DNA of 50,925 bases from a virus: the UHGV virus genome UHGV-1370083, one strand, 5' to 3'. Under the pieces are notes generated by a model that did no database searches, was not told the origin of the DNA, and was given only the letters and a program-made list of their open reading frames with translations. This document shows positions 45,143-50,925 of this stretch, one piece after another. Position numbers and translations under genes: made by a program. Positions within the stretch are counted from its first letter, which is position 1; every line of letters starts with the position of its first letter.

Positions 45143-46634
45143 ATAATCTACTTTTAGATTTAATAGCGCTGGTTTGTTTCTGATTTTCAGCATACTTTGT
45201 CATTGCTATTAAAACGTTATTGAATGCATCAGTGGCCTGTCTATTAAATTCACGGTTCTGAGCATCTTGTCTTTCGCCTTCTCTAACACCACTGTAAATA
45301 CCATTTGCAAACATAAGCGCTGCTCCGATAGCCGCTATAATAGCTCCGACCGGCGCGCCTACACCAGTTGCAGTAAGTCCAGCCGCACCACCTAATAACG
45401 TACTTCCAACAGTTGCAGCACCAGCAAGACTACCAGCGGCCGCAGTACCGGCAGCACCAGCAGCAAAATTACCGGCAGTAGTGTTCATAATTTTCCAGAA
45501 CTTGTCACTCTCACTTGCTGATAAACTTTCAATATCTGTTAAGCCAGTTACAAGAGTATCAAGACTCATACCAAGTTCTTGTTCTAGACCTTTATCAATA
45601 CCCATATCCTTAGCTACTTTTGTAAAGTTAGTAGCAAGGTCTTTAATCTTAGTGGTTTGCTCTTTAGACTTGTCATCAGTACTATTGAGAATATTGTCCA
45701 AATCATTTTTAAAGCTTTCATATTGCTTGTTGATTTGAGCAGCCTTGATACCAGTAACACGTTCAGCATAACTCCAATCTCTGTCAGTTGATTCTCTACC
45801 TGTTAATGTACGGAAACTACCTGCAACAGTACCTTCCTTAGTATAATTATAAGGGTCGCCAGCAAACATATAGTCAGCAAGGTCAGGGTTAGTACCTCTA
45901 ATATAATCTTCCCAGCTCATTATGTTATCAAGGCCTTCAGGAATTTCACCTTGCCCAATATAGTTTTCTACAAAATCTAAGTAATCAGTTAAGTCTTCAT
46001 TAGATTCATAACGACCTAATTCTTCATTATAGGTATAGAAATCTTTATAAAGTTCATCAACTGTTTTTAATCGAGCATCACCATATCTTATATTGCCTTC
46101 TTCATCTCTTTCCCAATCGCCTTTACCTTCATTAGCGGTCTCATCCCAAATAGCATCTTGAGTAAAGTAGTTAGAGAATCGAGGGTCAGCAGCAAGTTGT
46201 GGTGCTTTCTCAAACAAATATTTTGTATAATCATAAGCCGCATTTTCATATGCCGCAAAGTTTTCAGCTCTCTCAGTTAATGCTTCATCAATAGCACTTG
46301 CACCTTCTTGATAACTCTTCTGAACTGCCTGTTCGTTTTGCGCAAGATTTTGTCTATAAGTATTATAAGCTTCTTCAAGATTAAGTTGATTTTCAGAAAG
46401 CATCTTCTGCTTACTTTCTCCAAATAATGCACTACTTTCAATATTTGCACGGTTCTGCAAATAGGAAGTATACGCAGCTGTAGAAGCCTGCGTATAGTCC
46501 TTTACTAATTGATTTTCTGCTGCAATAGCAGACTGCTGATTTTGAGACAATAAATTTTCCCAAGTTTTACGGTTGTAATAATCTCTATTACTTTCCTGCA
46601 ATACTGTTTTATATTGACCTGTAGTTAATGGCAT
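45138..46634 (-). CDS. Virion protein (498 aa): N-terminal coiled coil and C-terminal Gly/Ala-rich hydrophobic segment. Candidate membrane-inserting ejection or tape-measure-like protein.
   Basis: GAGAGGTTAAGATA before the ATG at 46632-46634. TAATG coupling with the upstream gene. The C-terminus reads AGNFAAGAAGTAAAGSLAGAATVGSTLLGGAAGLTATGVGAPVGAIIAAIGAALMF. Confidence 0.5.
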   Translation of the reverse strand: MPLTTGQYKTVLQESNRDYYNRKTWENLLSQNQQSAIAAENQLVKDYTQASTAAYTSYLQNRANIESSALFGESKQKMLSENQLNLEEAYNTYRQNLAQNEQAVQKSYQEGASAIDEALTERAENFAAYENAAYDYTKYLFEKAPQLAADPRFSNYFTQDAIWDETANEGKGDWERDEEGNIRYGDARLKTVDELYKDFYTYNEELGRYESNEDLTDYLDFVENYIGQGEIPEGLDNIMSWEDYIRGTNPDLADYMFAGDPYNYTKEGTVAGSFRTLTGRESTDRDWSYAERVTGIKAAQINKQYESFKNDLDNILNSTDDKSKEQTTKIKDLATNFTKVAKDMGIDKGLEQELGMSLDTLVTGLTDIESLSASESDKFWKIMNTTAGNFAAGAAGTAAAGSLAGAATVGSTLLGGAAGLTATGVGAPVGAIIAAIGAALMFANGIYSGVREGERQDAQNREFNRQATDAFNNVLIAMTKYAENQKQTSAIKSKSRLY

Positions 46635-49600
46635 TATCTTAACCTCTCTGTAATTCTATACTTAATTGCAATGTTAGGAGTAACAAAAGCTTGAGGATAT
46701 TTGTCAGTCTTGTCATTGCTAACTTGCAACTGAAATGCATTGGTCTTAATGAAATTGACCCGCTTAATCATTGTAGTAAGTTGGTCAATATCATATTCGA
46801 CGGTGTCACTATCAGACAAATTGTTTAAGTTACGATAGTTCGTAAACTTAAGCTTAAATCTTAAAGGCCTTCCGCTTTGTTCAGTTACAATAGAAACGCT
46901 ACGGATATGCTTATAATTATTGGGAGCACCAAAATGCATCTTTTGCGTGGTGAAAGACCAATCGAAGGGAATGAGTTCATTGTCATATACTGATACCTCA
47001 TCAAAGTTAAATTTATAAATATCACCTCGCCCAGTAACAAGAACTAAGTCTTCAGTGAACGTATTATCGTTTATATACACAAGTTGCTTAGGAATCTGCG
47101 GCAATCTCCATATCCACCAAGACGAAGTTCTTAAATCATAAACAAGTATTTTTGGAGAAGTCGACTTGTATAAGAATAACCAATTCTTGTACTGACAAAG
47201 TTTAATCGGTCGTGTAGCATATTCTTGATATACGTCCATAATCGCTTCAGTTAAGTAACGATAAATTTGTTCAGTGGACTGTACAAAGTCTTGATAGTTC
47301 AAAGTGGACAAACCTTTGAGAGTTGTGATATAAATATTATTGCCATCATATGACAATAACATATCGGAACCATCACGATTACCAAGGGCAAGTTTTGTCT
47401 TGCTTAAATAATAAACATTATTGCTACTATCATAAGTGAGTTGATATGCTGTAGTTTCCAAAAAGATGCCTAAAGCTGTTTGCGAAAAGTTTACAAGAGC
47501 TGTAATCTTATCAGTAAAGATATTATCGTTTTTAGTATTTTTTGGAATATAAAACAAATTCTTGCCCTCAGAAATATCAGTATCAATAAGTGTTTTACTT
47601 GACTGATAAAAGACATTTCCTTGAGATAAGCAAGTTGTAATAAAATCTACAGAATGTTCCGGCATTATATAATCTATGCTGCCTTTTACTAAATTGTCTA
47701 CAGAAATGGTTTCTGTGTACTGATTAGAATAAATTACACCATTACTGCTATCCATCCAAATTGCAACGCCTGCATCATCTATGTATAATGGTCTTGATGC
47801 AAACAATAAAGGTATTGTCTCATTGCCATCAACAAAATTAGTGGACATTAGCATGTTGTTCTTACTTAATTTTACTTGCGGACTTATAGTAGTAGTTGAG
47901 GTATACTGGTCATTAGTAATAGTTACAGTACATGTGAAAGGTCGTTCACTTCTTGTAGTTACAATATTTGCTGTTATATTTTCATAATAATATGTGTAAT
48001 AAGATTCTTCGTGCTGCCGTGATAAATTATTAAGTGTTACATTATAACGGCTAACTGTAATATTAGTACCATTTAAAGCATCAAGTGTAGCATATTTATA
48101 ACCATTGTCGAATACTACCATATCTTCAACTTGATGACTTAATTCATTCCAAACAAGTCCGTTTGGTAAAAACCCAAATAATTTATACTTAACAGCACTA
48201 CTAATAGTTCCTTTAGAAGAACCAGTAGCTTGCACAGCATTTGGAGTATAATACAAATCAGACCGATAAGCAATTGTACCTTCAATATTAAAACCTTCTG
48301 TTAAATTAGTGCAAAATACGTAATATTTTGTAGCATCACCAGTAATAAGTCTAATAGTTCCACCTAAATAAACTACTAATAAACCAGTATCACCTGTTTT
48401 AATTATGCGTATCTTGTTATCAAGATTTTCAAACATATCATTCCAAATTGATAAATCTGGTTTAGTTTCTTGAGTATTAAGAGTACAGAATTTTGTGCTG
48501 CCTTTTGTACTATCACCTACTGCAAGTACACAACCGCTATAGTAACAAGCAATAGATTCTAAATCACCAGTTTCAGTTTGAGTAAACATTCGAGACGTAA
48601 ACATTATTCCGTACGCAAAAGTATAATCATCAGCATCACCAAATGCAATAGGAATAGAATAAGTTTCTCCATTATACGTTTCTTTTACTGCAATATTACC
48701 GCTTTGCGGTTTAGCCCATAAACTACGAACCATGCCAGGTAACAAATACTGACTAATTACTTTTGTAGTAGCATCCATACCATTTATTGATATGTATAAA
48801 TCGCTATCTGTGATTTTACAAGTTTGAAATAACGTCCAATCAGAACTAGAAAATGCATTCACATTAGCAGCATCTATCTTTTTTCTATAAATTTCAATGC
48901 CTTCATTTGCACTGCCTTGATTATAATTACAATAATATACATACCCTCCTTGCCTTGATAATACTGGTATTTGTACAGGAGTAAAATGCCAGTACTCATA
49001 ACGCTTACCATCATTTACTATTTCATATTTTGGTAAAGTAAATTCATACCAAGTATAGCCATCTGCACTGATATAATTTTTACCGTTATTATGGGTAGTA
49101 TCAATATTTGCAATATCAGTATATAAATATACAAAAGTATTACTTGTTAATTTAGCAACTTGATACTGACCTTGTCCTGCAGTAGTTATAAATTGTCCTA
49201 CAGTAGTATAAAATGCTTTATTATTATTTTTTGCCCATGTAATTTTGTATACATTTGTACCAATTCTAACAGTAACTTCTTTACCTTCCAAATCGACAGT
49301 ATTAGGAACTTTAACAGCAGGGTCAAATAAATATCTTTGTATATGGCCAGAAGTTAAAACATTTGGTTGCTGCAATACAAGCTGGCCAGTAGAGTCAGGC
49401 CTATCAATTGTGAATACACCAGTTCCAGTATAAATTTCAGTTAAAGGAAAATATACGGTATCATTGTTTGCATAAAAATCAATTTTATTTTGGCCATATA
49501 CAATAGCTGTGATTTTATCAGTTTCAAACAAACAATACGCAAAATTCAGCCAGCACAAATAAATCTGTTGAGTCGTTTCATATAACTGAAAACCACTACT

Positions 49601-49933
49601 ATTCCAAGAAGCTGGGCATGCAAGATAGTATGTGCCCGGGTCTAATGACGTCGCATCATCTCTGGCTTGAATATGATAAAAAGTTTTGTCGTTAATCTTC
49701 CATACTTTAACAACTTTCCACTCACTATTGATTACAAATATCTGTTCAGGTGGACGCGTAGAGAGCTGATTCTCTTGGTTTACGTACATATTATTTACTT
49801 CAGTAAAAGTTTCTTGGTCAATACTAACATAGTTCTTATTAGTATTAAGACCTTTGTATTCCAAAAAGTTCATGTACTTTTCATTAAGAGAATTAGTACC
49901 TGCTGACATAGGGTTACGTCTAATAGTTGCCAT
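46634..49933 (-). CDS. Large tail-like structural protein (about 1099 aa, Tyr/Asn/Thr-rich). Start revised to an ATG.
   Basis: TGGAGGCGATTGGTA before the ATG at 49931-49933. The ORF-track start at 49939 is TTG. TAATG coupling with the upstream gene. Confidence 0.5.
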   Translation of the reverse strand: MATIRRNPMSAGTNSLNEKYMNFLEYKGLNTNKNYVSIDQETFTEVNNMYVNQENQLSTRPPEQIFVINSEWKVVKVWKINDKTFYHIQARDDATSLDPGTYYLACPASWNSSGFQLYETTQQIYLCWLNFAYCLFETDKITAIVYGQNKIDFYANNDTVYFPLTEIYTGTGVFTIDRPDSTGQLVLQQPNVLTSGHIQRYLFDPAVKVPNTVDLEGKEVTVRIGTNVYKITWAKNNNKAFYTTVGQFITTAGQGQYQVAKLTSNTFVYLYTDIANIDTTHNNGKNYISADGYTWYEFTLPKYEIVNDGKRYEYWHFTPVQIPVLSRQGGYVYYCNYNQGSANEGIEIYRKKIDAANVNAFSSSDWTLFQTCKITDSDLYISINGMDATTKVISQYLLPGMVRSLWAKPQSGNIAVKETYNGETYSIPIAFGDADDYTFAYGIMFTSRMFTQTETGDLESIACYYSGCVLAVGDSTKGSTKFCTLNTQETKPDLSIWNDMFENLDNKIRIIKTGDTGLLVVYLGGTIRLITGDATKYYVFCTNLTEGFNIEGTIAYRSDLYYTPNAVQATGSSKGTISSAVKYKLFGFLPNGLVWNELSHQVEDMVVFDNGYKYATLDALNGTNITVSRYNVTLNNLSRQHEESYYTYYYENITANIVTTRSERPFTCTVTITNDQYTSTTTISPQVKLSKNNMLMSTNFVDGNETIPLLFASRPLYIDDAGVAIWMDSSNGVIYSNQYTETISVDNLVKGSIDYIMPEHSVDFITTCLSQGNVFYQSSKTLIDTDISEGKNLFYIPKNTKNDNIFTDKITALVNFSQTALGIFLETTAYQLTYDSSNNVYYLSKTKLALGNRDGSDMLLSYDGNNIYITTLKGLSTLNYQDFVQSTEQIYRYLTEAIMDVYQEYATRPIKLCQYKNWLFLYKSTSPKILVYDLRTSSWWIWRLPQIPKQLVYINDNTFTEDLVLVTGRGDIYKFNFDEVSVYDNELIPFDWSFTTQKMHFGAPNNYKHIRSVSIVTEQSGRPLRFKLKFTNYRNLNNLSDSDTVEYDIDQLTTMIKRVNFIKTNAFQLQVSNDKTDKYPQAFVTPNIAIKYRITERLR

Positions 49934-50652
49934 TACCAATCGCCTCCATTGTTAATAACTTTATTCGTAGCATAATCGTTTTCGTTAATTCTTGCCAGCG
50001 CCATCTCATACTCATTACGATAAATCGACGACTTCTGCTCGTCATCAATTTTAAATAACTGACTTGCAATATATGAAGGCAAACATACAAGAATGTCATC
50101 AGGTATATCTAACTCAACGTCATCCTGAGTTGTAGGCGTAAAGAAAAACCATTTTGCAAAATATGCAATTTTACAAATACAAGGTTTCATAAAAATGAGT
50201 TTGTTTCCGCGCTGTGCAAACTCTGTATCTTTAAGTGGCTCAAGCATGTCTTGACCCTTACAATCTTCTACTACTTTCCAATTAGTATCGTCTGACCAAG
50301 CTACAAAATCGTCAGGCATTTTAACAGTGTCCCCAACGTATACGTAATGTTCGTATACTTTGAGTGCATTGAGCTGGTCTTCAGTAGCTGTACTCAAATC
50401 ACAAGAATGGTTAAGTACAAAATACATTGCATCCTGCCCATACGTCTGCGCAATACAATTAAGTACTGCATCTCTATCTGCTACTTTAAAATCTGCATAA
50501 GCTCTTTTAGCTTTAATTGCAGAAGTAATCTCAGTTAATGCCTCATTAGCATAGAAAGGCATCTTTTCAATCAGTCCCTGGTCTACTGCTGCATCAACGG
50601 ACAAGTCCATTTTTGCAAGTGTTGCTTGTTTAATATAACCCCAAGTAATCAT
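49933..50652 (-). CDS. Hypothetical virion-module protein (239 aa), first gene of the leftward tail/ejection operon.
   Basis: AAATGGAGGTGCCAA before the ATG at 50650-50652. Confidence 0.45.
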   Translation of the reverse strand: MITWGYIKQATLAKMDLSVDAAVDQGLIEKMPFYANEALTEITSAIKAKRAYADFKVADRDAVLNCIAQTYGQDAMYFVLNHSCDLSTATEDQLNALKVYEHYVYVGDTVKMPDDFVAWSDDTNWKVVEDCKGQDMLEPLKDTEFAQRGNKLIFMKPCICKIAYFAKWFFFTPTTQDDVELDIPDDILVCLPSYIASQLFKIDDEQKSSIYRNEYEMALARINENDYATNKVINNGGDW

Positions 50653-50704
50653 TTGGCACCTCCATTTGGTTTTGGATATTATTTTCCATATAATTTTATT
50701 ATAT

Positions 50705-50786
50705 GATTTTTAATATATAATATTTGAATATCTTGTTATTCCTTAATAAAATATAAAGGCCATATATAATTATATATTAAAAATCA
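50705..50786. repeat. Inverted pair of GATTTTTAATATATAAT (50705-50721) and ATTATATATTAAAAATCA (50769-50786), upstream of the leftward tail operon.
   Basis: Read directly. The arm centres are about 64 bp apart, as in the 45062-45142 copy. Confidence 0.8.
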
Positions 50787-50811
50787 TATAATCAACTGAT
50801 ATAAAAAGAAA

Positions 50812-50850
50812 GACCGGCCGACTGTTATGCCGGGCCGGCCTCTCTTTTTT
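50812..50850. terminator. Intrinsic terminator that is probably bidirectional: a GC-rich hairpin (CCGGCC ... GGCCGG) flanked by a T7 run on the plus strand and a T-rich run on the minus strand.
   Basis: AAAAAGAAAGACCGGCCGACTGTTATGCCGGGCCGGCCTCTCTTTTTTT. It lies just downstream of a minus-strand ORF 3-prime end at 50872. Confidence 0.65.
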
Positions 50851-50871
50851 TGCGAAGTACTGTGAGCTAAG

Positions 50872-50925
50872 TTATGCCTGAGCTTTCGTCGTAACCGTAC
50901 CAACAACAGATACAGGTTTAACAAC
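50872..50925 (-). CDS. 3-prime end (last 17 codons, ...VVKPVSVVGTVTTKAQA) of a minus-strand gene that enters from beyond the right edge.
   Basis: The frame is open to the window end. The TAA at 50872-50874 is followed by the terminator. The fragment is too short to evaluate. Confidence 0.2.
   Translation of the reverse strand, partial: VVKPVSVVGTVTTKAQA

Noticed and set aside
1-50925. CRISPR arrays, rRNA genes, integrase, transposase or other mobile-element genes, and a diversity-generating retroelement.
   Set aside because: Scanning found no direct-repeat and spacer arrays, no rRNA-like conserved segments, no recombinase or RT motifs, and no template/variable repeat pairs. Nothing in the window supports them.

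Overview
The window is an AT-rich (roughly one-third GC by eye) tailed-phage genome segment (Caudoviricetes), either a phage or a prophage fragment. Gene packing is dense, and nearly every gene is preceded by a canonical AAGGAGG-type Shine-Dalgarno, which argues for a low-GC Gram-positive (Firmicutes-like) host rather than Bacteroidetes. The window holds three transcription blocks. Block 1 (1-14489, minus strand) is a morphogenesis module: three small genes, large terminase, portal, a collagen-like fibre gene with an N-terminal-domain paralog, several small and membrane proteins, a scaffold-like protein, and a major capsid gene that runs off the left edge. Block 2 (15050-35595, plus strand) is an early/replication module: small proteins including a three-member paralog family; a Lar-like zinc ribbon; a Cas4/RecB-like nuclease; ATP-dependent DNA ligase; an HD hydrolase; dUTPase; a divergent ThyX-like protein; a Tmk-like kinase; a Sak4-like ATPase; an SSB-like protein; VRR-NUC; an SNF2 helicase; an AEP-primase/SF3-helicase; and a compact family-B DNA polymerase. 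Block 3 (35592-50652, minus strand) is a virion/ejection-tail module: a giant 3131-aa ORF with an HExxH motif and glycine-zipper transmembrane segments, plus 498-, 1099- and 239-aa proteins. It is followed by a GC hairpin/T-run terminator. The non-coding DNA is unusually structured. There is a 438-bp origin-like region with about 90-bp imperfect inverted repeats, two G9 tracts and TTTTTCGGAA iterons. A 17-19-nt AT-rich motif (ATTGATTTTAATATATAAT) occurs as inverted pairs, about 64-77 bp apart, at three transcription-unit boundaries, plus a single copy at a fourth. A 23-bp palindrome (TCGTATATATTATATAT-NN-ACGA) sits upstream of two plus-strand transcription units. An extended -10 element TTGATATAATATATAG is present twice. 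Several ORF-track starts are over-extended, using TTG or GTG upstream of a better ATG that has a Shine-Dalgarno. Stop/start coupling (TAATG, TAAAATG, ATGA) is frequent. No rRNA, tRNA or CRISPR was found.
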